A stretch of DNA of 64,000 nt from NCBI RefSeq assembly GCF_000150275.1, contig NW_002060948.1:4250395-4314394 (forward strand), given 5' to 3'. The stretch is from Trichoplax adhaerens (taxonomy: Eukaryota > Animalia > Placozoa). Under the pieces are notes generated by a model. It saw nothing but the letters and a program-made list of their open reading frames with translations, was not told where the DNA came from and ran no database searches. Within the stretch, counting starts at the first letter, position 1. Every line of letters starts with the position of its first letter. The position numbers and the translations under genes are program-made. Below, one piece after another: positions 26,445 through 40,515 of the stretch.

Positions 26445-26902
26445 GCCATTTATTCAGTACCGTTGGCGACCGCCTGATGAGTTAGACAGTCTAAATTCAC
26501 CTTCCGTCTTCATTGTTATGTTATAAATGCCATAAGGATATTGTCCTTTTAGGTTCATAACAAAAGTTTTGAAATAGTTCAAAGCTGGATTGCCTTTAAA
26601 CTGCACTAATTTATAATTACGGTCATATCTTTATTTTTAATTTCTATGTAATGATATTTTCCTGATATGTAGACTGTATTGTGCCGGGTGATATGATGCA
26701 ATTGCTATGATAGGCAACATAATAGTGGCTATGGATAATTACTATTTGCTAATTAACTTAATACAAGTTTATTTTCCTTTATGTATACAAGGATTATCAG
26801 ATAGTTTCAGTTTTTTAATAGATTTAAGTAATTTATAATTAAAGTGAAATTAGCTAATGTTAATATAATATTGTATAGTTTAAGATTTATTCGTTAATTA
26901 TC

Positions 26903-27318
26903 TGTAAGACAGTGTAATATTGTATTCTAAGTTAATGATATATTTAGTAATGTCTACCGTAGGTGTTGTGTTCAACATGTGATAGATATTCTCGTTAGAA
27001 GCTTAAGTATTAAATATAGCTAGCTTAGTAACTGTAATCCTTTTGAAGAGGAGCGCTACAGTGCTCACACTAGAGCTTCACATGAAAGGTGTAAACTATC
27101 CTGTATGTGAGATGCTAATACTGAAGTGTGTAGTAAGTAAGGTGCTAAGACTGTAAACGCGGAAAAGTATATAAGCGAGTAGTTTAGTATAGTAAGATAG
27201 TTCTTTCTCGTTAGAGGTCCTCAGCTAATCGTTTACGTTCTATCTTCGTAAAGGAGGTTTTGTTCAATAAATCTTAATTTTCTAAAGTTTTGAAGATTCT
27301 TGACCTATCAACCTCACA
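26903..27318 (+). mobile_element. Probable solo LTR, family 2 (416 bp)
   Basis: Termini TGTAAG...CTCACA; perfect 5-bp TSD ttatc (26898-26902 and 27319-27323); TATATAA at about 27168 and AATAAA at 27266. Only one copy in the window. Confidence 0.65.
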
Positions 27319-28897
27319 TTATCATTTTGCAAAATTGCGATAAAAATATCATACACGAACTTTGATTCGTTATAGAACTTTAAGATATTGCGTAAATTGC
27401 GTAAATTGGTTTTCTTGCAAAACAGATTATTATACGCCTTCATTTAAAATTATTCAACTTATATTTAAATCTACGATTTAAGCAGTTAGTTACAGGCTTA
27501 CTTTTAGCTCAATCCCACCTTGAAAGTTAAGTCGTAATGTGTATCAGAGCTAAAAATTACTATTGCACGATTTATCAATAACTACCATAGCACCTCTAAT
27601 TAAACTATCGCGGTAGTTCTACTCTGTACTAAATTACTTTTCACAATCTATTAATATCTCATAACCCTAAAGTAAGTAATGTACTACTGTAAAGTGGTAA
27701 CAATGCGTACCACAGTGGCGTAATCTACTAAATAATACTTGCACAATCTTATAATGTAATATGCAATTTGAAATACTTTCCCGCCATCCTACGACTATAA
27801 CGGCATTGCTATTTCAGCGGCTACACTACAAGTTGTCCTTGTTTTGAAATTTAATTTTGTTTAAATGTCAGTGAAATCTATCAATATACGTCTAGAGTTC
27901 GTTGATTAATTTGACTTTGTTAGATCAAAATGCTACGTTAGATTATCTTGTGGTTTTTTATAACATGATGATATTAAGCTATATCAACAGTTTTAATAAA
28001 TTAGTTGGCGCTCTAGATGTTGGGCTGATATAAAAATGTTAATCCTAAAGAGGTTTAGATGATGCATAATAGAGATGATTCCAAAATGTTGAATATTTTA
28101 TGCCAAAATTGACTTTCAAATCGACAGTGTATAAGAGTAATCTTTATGATGTTCATATTAATTATGAGTGGACTAATGACGATTTTCAGGTCATATTTGT
28201 CTTGAAACAGAACTTTCGATATCGCGAAAGAAATTTTCTGTGGCAATATTAGCCTGCACAGTTGTTGTAGTAAATCGACTCATGAATACCAAAGTATTAT
28301 TCCAATATTACTCAATTAAATATTGATTAATCTTAGTCTTTGCCTGCCCAGCAAACATTCACTTGAAATAATAGCAAATAACATTTTATGTCAGTCGTAT
28401 TTTACTGCATAATGCTGCTGTAGTATACCAGTAAATTAGTCTAAGATTACGATTGCTAGAATGCAATACTTAATTGGCAAAATATGATCGCGTTGAGGAA
28501 AAATCATTCTGTGACTGATTGTAAAAAACGATGAAATTACTGTTATAATTTACTTGATAATCTGATAGTAGCTAACTAGTTCTTGGTAGTGGTAAGTTGA
28601 ATCGAATATTCGTAATAAAGGCAAAGTTTACTAGAGAGTTTAGTTCTTGCTACAATATTTTTGAGAAGATATTTCATTATAGCTGCTCATAACAGGTTGA
28701 TATGTGCGTATATTAATATAGGATATTCTCGCGTACGAGTACTTATTATAAGGGTTTGTTGATTCGAGAAAAGTTGAGTTACCAGCCCTTTAGATTAGCA
28801 CATATGCAATAAAGGTTATATTATTCAAAGGCTTGTAAATGATTGATTGTAGTAAAGCTAAGAAGCGTAACTATCATTTTATGGCATAATTGTATAC

Positions 28898-31800
28898 CAA
28901 TTTCGCAGTGCGTTCCAGACCAATCACTAGGGCAGTTGCAGCGATATCCATTTTTTTCATTTGAACAGTTAGCATTTATATGTTGACATGGATTTGACTG
29001 GCATTCATGCGAATTTTGATATATAGAAAGCAAAATGGTATAATACTTAATTGTTTGTGGGATGATGAAAGATTATATCATGACCAGAGCAAGAACTACG
29101 CTTAAATACGTATTAATTAATATTTACCTTCAGTACAATTTTTATCCTATGTAGACAGATAAGCTGCTGCAGTTATATGAAAACGGACTAGTCCATAGGT
29201 ACAATGCTCCATTTTGGCACGAAGAATATTTTCAGCATGGATTTAAGTCTAATCGATTTAATCAATTATTAGGTTAATTTTTATAAATAAGATAGGCATA
29301 ATGAAATAATATAGATATGCTATATAAATGACTTATACTAGTAAAAGATTTTTTAAATAAAAAAGCTATAGAATGATGCTCAATCCAAAGCAGTAGTAAA
29401 AACCATATTTCAAGTATTATGATTTACTTATACATGCCAATTTCGCTGTGTATTCCAGACCAGTTAGGAGGGCGTTTACAACGATATCCATATATTTAAT
29501 CAATACAACTAGCTTTCATATGGCGACGCGGATTCGAATAATATTCATTCATATCTGTATGAAATTTTATGCATTTCAAGTTCACTTCTGTTTACTAAAA
29601 TCTATACTATCATTGACTCGCCACTAATTATAATTCTTAAATAACCCATAAGTGATGTTCTGTTATTGATTATTATTAATCTATGGAAATATTAGTTTAT
29701 TTTAAGAATTTATTAGTATTGCCCATTACATAAATTTATTAGTTATGTTTTCCTAGCTAAGTATTTTCCAGTATATCCTTCTAGACAAGGACAGCTGCAA
29801 CTGTTGTGTAAATAGTGGTAGCTACCATTATTTGTGCAAGAATGGGAAAGAAATTCATCAATTTCTTTTAAAAGTATAACTATATTTTTAGCTGAAATAA
29901 TTTACACAGCTTGATAAGAATCTGAAACTTTTAAGTCCTTTTGATAAGTTACTAAATGAAGTACGAGTTCTATAAGTTGATGGCATTCTTAAAGTTATTT
30001 GTAGTATTTTTTCGATTGACATTGATCTGCTAATAATTCTAGCACATAGATGAGGCATACCTTCGGTACAATTTTTTCGTATATATCCAGCAAAGCAGTT
30101 GCAGTAGTATGATAATGGGCCAGTCCATGAGCGTGATGCTTCTATTTTACAAGGGAAGGGCTTTCGGCATGGATTAATGTCTTATCGAATAAATGGATTA
30201 TGATATAATTTTTGTTTATTATATAAAGGTAATGTAAAATGTTACTTTTATGTTATAATATAAGATTTGCTCAAAAAAAGATTAAATTAGGCAAAAATGA
30301 AAAATACTATCCTATCTGAAGTACTTTTAAAAGTGATAATTAAAGTGTTGAGATTATGTATTAACCGATTTCGTAAAGTGTTCCAGACCTGTCCGGAGGG
30401 CAGCTACAGCGATATCCATTTATTTCGTCGGTACAGGTATCATTTACATGTTGAAAGGGATTGGATTGACATTTATTTATATCGAAGAGAAATTACATAT
30501 GTGATTTGTTACTGTTGAACTCTTAAATTGCAAACAGATAAATATTTTTCGGAAATAAAGACATACAGCTATTTTATCTACTATACTATAGCATAATTTA
30601 ACCAACAGAATTTCCTATCTATCAGTTGTAATTTATATGTTATCATCCGTTGTCTAACCTATTAGGCAACTTGTTCCAGTATAACCTGCTCAACAGGAGC
30701 AGTTATGTAACTGTTGAGTAATTCGTAACAGCTTTCATTATTCACGCACGGCTAGGGAAGACATTCGTTGATTTCTAAATTGAATAAATTATCAGCCCAA
30801 TTGCAAGTTACGAGTGTATTATAGCATAATTGTAAATTATAAAATTATGACCTAACAGGGTTATGAGTTAAATATCTTCAAAATAATTTTTGAATTTACT
30901 AAGTCATTTTGTTCATTTCTACGTAATAATATGTGTTTATTGTCATTGCAGTATACTAAGATGCCGTGGTGTGAGTATATTCGTGCTATTATACGCTAAT
31001 ATACTTTAATTTTCAGATAATGCATACCTTTGGTACAATTTTTTCCTGTATATCCACTTGAGCAATTGCAATTATATGACATTGGTCCAGTCCACAGGCA
31101 TGCTCCGTTTTGCCAAGGTGCATGAGTTCGGCAAAGATTCAAGTCTTATAATTTGAATTCGAATGAATTTAATTTAATTACGAGGTCAAATAAGCAAAGG
31201 CTATTAACGATTAGAATGCTTAGAATAGTTGATATAATTTGTTTTCGTCGTCACTATAAGCATAGTATGTTAGCTATATTATTAAATGATGTAAAACCAT
31301 TAAATAGTGTTTTAAAAAGCTGGGGAAGAAATTAAGACCAATTTTTCATACCAATATCGCAATGAGTTCCTGTCCAGTCAGAGGGGTAGTTAGATTGATA
31401 TCCATTTACCTGATCAATGCAGGTGGCTTTTTTATTCTGACATGGACTGGAGTAGCTCATTAATATTTGCGCATTAAATGTTTTTAAAATGCATTAATCT
31501 CTTTCACAATGTTACCGGAAAATAAATTTATTTTCTTTCAATTCCCGTTCTATGGTATTGATTATTACAGAATATTTGTAAAAATTTTTAATTACCAGTA
31601 CTGAACAGATACTGCAGTATATTAAAATTTAAGATAACTTTAAGTAATTAAGGCTGATGATTTAATTTAATTTAGTTTAATTTGCTGGTTTGGCAATTCG
31701 TTCCGTTATAGCCTGTTAAACATAAGCATTTGTAGCTGAGATGGAGATCAAGGCAGGTTCCATTAATAGCTCAAAGCTTGGGCAAACAGTCATCGATTTC

Positions 31801-34800
31801 TAAGGTTTGAAATCAGAAGGCATTATTTGTTGGTAAATGCCTGATATGCCTTTGGGTTGCGTTGCGTAGAACGAATTTTCATTCGAAGATCGAATTGCAG
31901 ACTTTATATTTTAGTTTTACCTTTTGTGCAGTTTATTCCTGTGTAGCCGGGTAGACAAGTACAGTTATTGGAATATGGCCCAGTCAAATGACATGTTAAT
32001 CCGTTTTGGCAAGGCACAATGGTGCGACAAAGATTTAAATCTGAGTTGTGAGATATACGTAAATTTCTGTTATGAAAATTTTAAATAGCAATTATAGGAA
32101 TTATGAGTACGTCTTTTTGCTACCTGCAATGACAAGTGGCTTAGATTGATACGTAGCTGATACATTAACTTCTGTGATTTAATTCATTAACTTATAACTT
32201 GTGAAACGAGATGCTTCCTTAAATTAACAGTGGGACTGGATACTTTTTATAAGTGAATTCATTCACAAATAATTTACAATTACTGTATAACTCGACTTTT
32301 CTAAAATTTTCTATCGTATACTGTACTAAAAGTAAAGCTAGGCACAAAATTTGTATTTATGGAGTAAAGGTGCTCATAAAGTATGATATCACATTAATAA
32401 CATTATATTCTCTCTTCTCTGTTGCAGCTTTAAATTTTAAGGAGACTATCATATATGAGGTTTAAGGTATTCTATGCTGCATATAATTATAAACCTAATA
32501 AGGTCTAGGTTGAATACTGTTCTTGTGGTGCAAGGAAAAGCTATTGCTTACCGATTTCACAATATGTTCTTGTCCATTCTGATGAACAATCGCAGCGGTA
32601 TCCATTCACTTGATTTACACATGTTGCGCTCAAATTGTGACCCGGATTTCAGTTACACTCATTGACGTCTATTAAAAATTTGATATTCATATTTAGCTAC
32701 ATAACTATAGATAAACCTACTTTGAAGAAGGCTGCTTCCTCTGATCTAAAGTGAATTGATATTGAAATAATCCTTTTTAACTGTAATTGTATTTTTTATA
32801 AGATTGCAAAGCTTTTTTCTACCAAAGAGTTATGTTAATTAGAACTAGTTAAAAAAGTTTTCTTATTATTAGATCAATTGCGCTTACATTACATTTTTTC
32901 CTCAAATAAAATGCAGAGAAATCTCAAGCACTAACTGCACCAATATTTAAAGATGTAACAATTCAGTATTCTGTTTACAATACCTTCTGGTGCAATTATT
33001 TCCTGTATAGCCAGCACTACAGCTAAAATTATACGTAAAATGGCCCGTCGATGTGCAATTAGCACTATATTGGCAGGGAGAACCGGTACGGCAAACATTT
33101 ATATCTGGCAATGTTGTGATAACATTAAAATAGCTAAGATGTATAATTTCATTTAGCCCGATGCTGCCATTTTGTCGAGAGTAGTTACACAGTTAAGATG
33201 AAAAATCTTTATCAGACGTATACTAATAAACTAATAAAGATCCGATATTATACATATTTAAATGCAATAGTAATTACACTTAGATCTTACGCTTCACATT
33301 TGTAAAGAAAATTGAATCGCTACAGTATTTCAGTTACTATTTCTATACCTTGTGTACAATCAGTCCCAGTGAAACAATTAATGCAGTTGCAAGTGTAATT
33401 AAAAGGACTTGTTGATGTATAGTTGAGGCCATTTTGACAAGGGAATTGGGTCCGAAAAAGGTTTGCATCTGGTATAATTATTATAATAAATTGGTAAAAG
33501 TATATACGTGATATACACTAGTATATGACCGCATATATCGTAATATATTTCATCTTTCACAAAGGCCAACACTTACAGTGAGCAAGGCTTCTATTAACTG
33601 TGGTTTACAGTATTAATTTAATTATAATCTAATAAGTATTGAAATGATGACTCTTTTTCTGTTTATATCTTTGACTTTAATAAATATAATAATCTCCGAA
33701 GGTTTACGTTAATGTTATTAGATATAGTATTTCAGTGGTCTCTTTGCAATACCTTGTGTACAATTAGTTCCCGCGTAATCTTTAGTACATTTAAATTCAT
33801 AAGTAAAAGGATCTGTCGATGTACAGTTACCCCTGTTTTGATATGGAGATTTAATACGGCAAAAATTTGTGTCTAATATTGATAAATAAGAATAAATTAA
33901 AGTGAAAATGATCATAAAAATATTGATTTCATCTAATACAGATGTGGCCGAGACTGATTTATTACTATTACTTTGCTTAGCACAAGAACGGTAAATGGAC
34001 CGTTTATAAGTACTTTATTAGTTCAATTTTAATTATCGAAACATAAAGTAATAATCTTGATATATTACTTATTTCGTAATGAGTCCCGCTCTATTCACTG
34101 GGACAACTACAATTGTAGTCATTTAATTGATCGATGCAAGCAGCATTGGGATGTTGGCATGGATTTGATTCACATTAATTAATACCTACAAACGGAATAA
34201 GTAAATAATATTAAAAGCAGAAGAATGTGAAATTTCAAATGACTCTACGTTTCGTGTTTATCGCTCAGTTGTGTTACATCATGAAGCCATATCAGTAAAA
34301 AGCTTGATATAATGAACGTTTGTAGATACAGTCATGTTCAGCTGATATTATAATAGCTCAAAAAAGTATACTTCCTCCCATTCTGTAAAGGTGCAAGGCT
34401 TATTGCTGATAGTAATATACTATTAAAAGTTCATTCTTTCTATCGTATGATTATCCTCGATATCTATAAATATTTGCTAAGATAGTCTAGTTTATTACAA
34501 TGTATGGTAATAAAAATAATTTACAAGCATATTTAGGCCTCTGATAGCACTTATTTATGATTAGCGATAACATTTTTGAATACATAGTAAAAGAATTAGC
34601 CCTTAAAGCTCGCAAATTTTCACACGTTAATGAATAGTTTCTTCCCGAGGCTAATCTTTTTTGAAAGCTGTTACTTGTATAATAATTAGCTATCAGGGAT
34701 ATTGATATCTAGGCATCTATTCGTCAAATTACATCACGGCAGTAGACTGCATATACAAGTTAAATATTATAACACAGTCCAGGTCTATATCTAGTTTTTA

Positions 34801-36893
34801 AGTAGCGATGATTTAATACACATTGATGAATAACCTTGCGAACAATTTTGACCAGAAAATCCCGCAGTACAGGCACATGAATAAACGCTCACACTAATGT
34901 ATGAGCATGTACTGCCATCTTGATAAGAAAAATAGCGGTAGCAGTTCCAATCTATTAAACAAATCATAATAATATAATTCAGAATAAGTTTCGGAAACAA
35001 CCTTAAATTAGTGCTGTAGTTAATTTAAGACTAATTTTCTTAATACATGAATTCAAGAGTCTTAAATGATTGCTAATTTAATTGGGCTATTAAAATGCCA
35101 ATAATAAATGAATATTGAACCTTAATAACTGCACATAATATACCAGTCCACTCTGAAGGGTATTTGCAGGTAAAACTATTAACTCTATCGATGTAACAGG
35201 AGTAAATATGTACGCATGAATTCGATGCACATTCATCAATATCTATTTATGAAAGAATACGAATTTACAGAATATAATTAGTGTGTTTTTAATAGGACTA
35301 ATGTTTGTAAGTAAATTTTTATTTCATTACTTCTAGTTTGTACACTTATCGTTAAGTCTAATGACCTTATCTTAGTAAATGTACTAGCATAACATTTAAG
35401 CACAATATTACGTTATACACTCCTATATATGTATAATATACTTTTATGGAGGAATTGATTGGATTTGAAATTTATTGCAGCTTATTCGTATAACATGATT
35501 ACTTTTGTTGCAGTTAATGTTTGCTATGTGGAATTGCATAACCAATTAAATTTATCTTCGAAGATCGAACTTAATCCGAAATTTAATATTAATAACTCTA
35601 TTACTTTGATTGCAAGTCGATCCTGTAAAACCGCTTTGGTAACTGCAGCCATACGTATTGATACCAGTAAATGAGCAGTTTCCTCCATTTAGACACGAGG
35701 TACTCGAACGACATAAATTTCCATCTATTCGATATTATTTCACTGACTTAATCATGGTGTACTGGTTTTGATTGTAAAAATTAAATTTAGATTTAGAAAT
35801 TAGGTTTTTGGCTTACCCACTTCACAATTGGTACCAATCTATTCAGAAGGGCAACTGCAAGAATACGAGTCAATATTGTTATGGCAAGTAGCATTTATAT
35901 GTTGACAGAGATTAGAGGCACATTCGTCAATATCTATTCAGAAACCGGAAGAAACTTGAATCAAAATTACGTAACAAATAATAGTTATGTCGGGTATAGT
36001 ACTGAAAACAACGGAAGAAATTGTATCTTTAATAAATGTTCAAATGGCTTTATTTGACATAAAATTTCTTTAGTAGTTATAAACCTTGTTGGCATTGGGT
36101 CCCATTAAAACCATTCTGACAGGTGCAGTTATAATTATCAGGGCCGGCACTATTACAAGTAGATCTATTTTTGTACGGATTGCTTTGACAAGGGGTGCCT
36201 GTGTTGGCTATCGAGTTAAAATGTACTAAAATTAAGAAATTATATTTTAGATACAAACTAATTGCTAATAATATACGCAGTTCTCTAATCATTATTGGCC
36301 ACTAGATGAAGTTGGCGAACTCCATCTTTTAGTCTAACAAGCTATGTTTACAATGAAAGTCAAACAAGAGTTTTCAAGATATAAATGTATTTTATTTCAA
36401 ATCTATGCTATAATTTAGCCCAGTCCAATTACTGGCACATTCTACCGAAACTACTATAGTAAATTGAGACTTATTATCTGCGATCGGTCTTGTTTCATTA
36501 ATAGTAATTGTCGATGCTGTTCCTGATGTGATATGAAAAAAGAAAGGATGAACTTAAAAAAATTATCTCATAAAATAATTCGCATTTCACTTGACTCATA
36601 TTTCTTTCGGCATAAGGCGGATTTAAAGACACTTTATAAGGATTAGTAATGTCGGTGCTAGTTTGATTTTGATTTCTTGTGAATATTAGCGTTTCAAATA
36701 CGTCCCAAACAGTCGTCATTAAGTAGCCATAATTACATGGTTGATTAATGTTTCCTACGTCTGAACACATGATAAAATAGTAGTTGCATAATGTTGAGGG
36801 ATCACATTTCCCATTATCCCAATTTCTTTCGTTACGGTTGTAGTATTCTTTGAAATCGTAACTGATGTCGCCATAGACATCGGCTTGGATACA
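28898..36893 (-). pseudogene. Decayed paralogue of the gene A/B head: C2/MNNL remnants and about 21 single-EGF exon fossils
   Basis: C2 remnant [31 protein letters not shown]...PCNYGYLMTTVWD (about 36610-36893, splice sites lost) and RPIADNKSQFTIVVSVECASNWTG (about 36420-36495). The first EGF exons follow gene A order. Stops at 35839-35841, 34175-34177 and 34091-34093; stops and a frameshift in the 30660-30775 exon; many Cys-to-Tyr changes. No DOS, vWC or TM found downstream. Confidence 0.85.
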
Positions 36894-37164
36894 TTAAAGT
36901 TCAGTATTGAAGTTTTCAATCTTAGTTTCATTATTTTCTTCATAAATTATTGCAATGTTATTAAATATCACACGTGTAATGAAGGTTTTGTAGATGAAAT
37001 TTTATAGCGCTGGTATCCAATAATTAATACTTGGAACTTGATCATTTCGAGCTATTTCCTCAAATTAACAAGTATATGAGCTATTTCTTAAATTAATAGA
37101 CATTGAATATCTTTAATCGGTTATCAAACTACTGTACGGTGTGGAAACTAATGAACTATTTTGC

Positions 37165-38750
37165 AATAGAGTAGAGGATTTGACAATGGCTATTATCGAT
37201 CGTTGAAATAAATATTTTGTGCGTCATGTCGAAAATAACTGTATTAAAATTGTTTGTAACCGATCCAATTAACAATGAAAATCAAGCTTTTCTCTAGCTT
37301 GATAAGGCTAGAATAGGTAAAAAATAAATCTCTATAGTTACGATCCATATTTGATATAAGATACAGTAAACAAATATCGAAAATTATTTGCTAGGATTCA
37401 AGGTCTATTTCATCGTTTTTTCCTAACTCATGCATATTACCTTCAAAGTTTAAGATTTCTACTCTTTTAATAGGAAACCTATCAAAATCTCAATTGCTAG
37501 AAGTGTATTGCAGTTTACTTTCATACTCCCTGCAATTAAGATTACTATTTTGATTAATTTATTCTCTTGTAATTTCTAAAATTATGACGGACACTCAATC
37601 TTCCGGAGCATCATAATTTCCTGATTGTTAAAGATAGAAGAAGTGTCTTGAAATATTGATTTATCTATATTTTTTTCTTTACTGCCACTTCTGGAATAGA
37701 TTACCCGCCCGTATTATAATTAGCCACTTCATGCACAAGAAAACTGTAATAATAGGACTAATAGAGATACCACTTCACTAAAATATCAGAGTTTTAGGGA
37801 TATAAAACCAGAATACAGGATTCATAGGTTTGAGTAATATACTTTTGTACCTTCAGTTGGAATGTCCATAATATAATCAAAGTCCGTAACAGCAATTGAA
37901 ATCCTATTTGTCTCATTTATCCGATCTATTTGTAATTGGCTTAAAGGCTAAAAGTTGGTACTCAAATTATACTTTTTCACGTGAGAAAGTGACACTAATG
38001 TTACACAATACGTATCGAAATGTCAATGATTTACACTAACATCAGCAGATTTAATGAATTCAGATATACTAGTTACAAAACAATGAAATGGATTTAATAG
38101 CTTCATGGATTTTACACTAAAGTTGCTACCTTAAAATTACTTTCCGAATGCTATATTAGGGTATCAAAAGCTTTACCTAATTATCACAATGCATACAACC
38201 CAGTAAATAATATTACTTCATATTTACATGCTTACTGCATACTGTATTCTACCATAGATTTGTCTAAGAATTCCTACTGCATAATATTAGCAGCAGCTTT
38301 TAATCACGATACCGCTTGCTAAATTAATTGAAAATACCTAATTCTTTATTTTCTTTATTAATTAATTGTATATGCCTTTGTCTTTCTTTATCTACTAATT
38401 ATATATAGAATAATTGCTAATGATTATTTATAAAATTGGAGAATGCTAGCTTAAATAAAAACTGTTATAATGTTCGCACTATGGATATTGGTAAGAGACG
38501 GAGACCATGTACAACGCCAAAACCCTTCATTTTTATAGTTCATTTGGAATTTAAATTGAATAATCTCTTAAATGGCGAAGTAATGCTTTTAGATACTCCT
38601 TGAAAAGACTAAATTTGATTTTATATATTTAAGTTTTCTACACAAATAAGGTTTAATACTTTATGATATATTTAGAGCTGATAATTTCGGGCTGGCTACC
38701 CGTAAATGATATAGGCATACATTGCAACCATTAGTCAAATATCGTAATGT
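37165..38750. repeat. Diverged non-coding direct repeat upstream of the pseudogene; homologous to about 60535-62190 upstream of gene B
   Basis: Collinear blocks, e.g. gatataagatacagtaa (37353/60719), cactcaatcttccggagcatcataatttcc (37592/60961), aacatcagcagatttaatgaat and gggctggct. Confidence 0.9.
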
Positions 38751-39324
38751 CAGAATTACAACCTTATCAATGGAATGAAGCAAAATTAGAATTATAGATT
38801 GTACTTGACTTATTTTAGATCTAGCCTACTGCACAATTCTAAACGATGAGATTAACAGAGTTGTTAGATTTAATAAAATCTTAGTATTTTATTTTTTCGG
38901 TGACGTATAATTTATAGAATGAATAGATGACAACCTTATACTGTGTTAGATTTCGTCATGTTATAAAGTCATTAATGCCAGATTTCGTAAATTTCCATTT
39001 ATATATACTGTAAATGGTAATAATCGACTTTTCGATATCACTCAAAATTAAAGGAAGAAAGATATTTTATAATTTATGATCTATTTGCAGCATTCCATAT
39101 ATCACTGCACTATTTCGACATGAGGCTGGTGTTTGTTGTTTGTGGCATTGCAATAGATGCCTGTATTACTGGCCAAATAGTTGCTGTTGTTGCTATTGAC
39201 CAAGTCATATTTTGACTCCTGATTATATAGACCGCATAAACATTCATTGGTGTTTCTTTCACCCTTTCATCTGAATTACGACAATATTGTTACATTTGTA
39301 ATAGTCAATTATTTTTAAATCATC

Positions 39325-39540
39325 GACATGGAACTGGAAAGCATTTATCAACACTCTTTATAATATAATGGAAACTTGTATAGCCTGCCAGCTTGGCATA
39401 TAGAAATATACCGTAACATATTGACCGTATCTTTGAATGCACTACCGTTTTTGCAAAGCAAATTATTGCATTTGTTGATACCTGTTCACATTGATGTCAG
39501 GTATAACTAGATATGCATGAATAATTATATTTATCAATTT
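39325..39540 (-). pseudogene. Fossil fragment of the multi-EGF exon (EGF6-8 of 11916-13055)
   Basis: Reverse strand reads IDKYNYSCISSYT*HQCE / INKCNNLLCKNGSAFKDTVNM...CQAG / SVDKCFPVPCR*. Gene A reads [41 protein letters not shown]...[11 protein letters not shown]. Contains stops and frameshifts. Confidence 0.7.
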
Positions 39541-39575
39541 TTTATTGCAAAAACTTACTTATAAATATTATCTAG

Positions 39576-40120
39576 TGTCACAATTTCACTTCTGCGACAA
39601 GGTAACGTACAGTAAAAGTCTATGAGTAGCTACTGACTTAAACGCCCTTTTACTTAACGTTAAACACACTCAGCAAAAGACTGTAAAGATGAAACTAAAT
39701 TAGCAAAGATACATCTACAACTTTTTACCAACACTGAACTCTTTCCCATTTATATAGGAACCGTCTAATTTCTAAACAACAACAGTATTATTGTTATATC
39801 TTACTAGGAGAAACATCTCGAACTGAGATGTTCCTTACATAGCTTTCCTATCAGTAAATATTTTGAATCTCTTACTTATACTTAATCTTAATCTAAGCTC
39901 GTAGGTTGTCTAATTCAACTATCATCAACTAGAACTTGAATCATCTTAGTACTATCTGTCACACAATAACAATCAATATCAAGTATGTAATGAACTATTA
40001 CAAACAACATCCACGTTAAGGCATTACTTATCTTACCTAGTACTACAAATATGGATATTCTCCATACTAGCTACTACTGTACTTAGTAAACTATCCTAAT
40101 GACAAGGCAACACCGTAACA
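39576..40120 (-). mobile_element. Solo LTR, family 1 (545 bp), inverted relative to 25894-26444
   Basis: Termini TGTCAC...GTAACA; perfect 5-bp TSD tctag (39571-39575 and 40121-40125); reverse complement is nearly identical to 25894-26444. Confidence 0.9.
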
Positions 40121-40515
40121 TCTAGATTCCACTTCAGCAGTCAGTTTTAATGTCACAGAGATGCACTATTAGTAAAATTATTGATATAAAGATTACCTTG
40201 AATACAGCATAAAACTAATGACAAACGTTTTATTTTTAAGCTTATAAATTACTCTTAAGACAATTAGGGTCACTTTTACACTGCTACTACATACTATGCC
40301 GCGAAGATACCATACGGAACTAAAATCATTCATAAAATTGAATTGATATTTTATTTACGAACTTACTGGAACGCAACTATTATGCGTTTGAATTAGCTAT
40401 CTGCGATTAACCGCATTTACGGTAGCGAGATATACGGTGCATGTAAAATTGAAGAACAGGAATATGCAGTAGTAAAATATGTCGCTAAGGTCTATCAAAA
40501 TTGATATTTCGATTC

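Noticed and set aside
26464-26472. PBS-like TGGCGACCG after the solo LTR
   Set aside because: It lies about 19 nt from the LTR end, beyond the TSD, and no gag/pol follows.
37980-37987. CSL/Su(H) consensus CGTGAGAA, suggesting Notch feedback
   Set aside because: A single 8-mer that is not conserved in the homologous 61359-61366 segment upstream of gene B; expected by chance.
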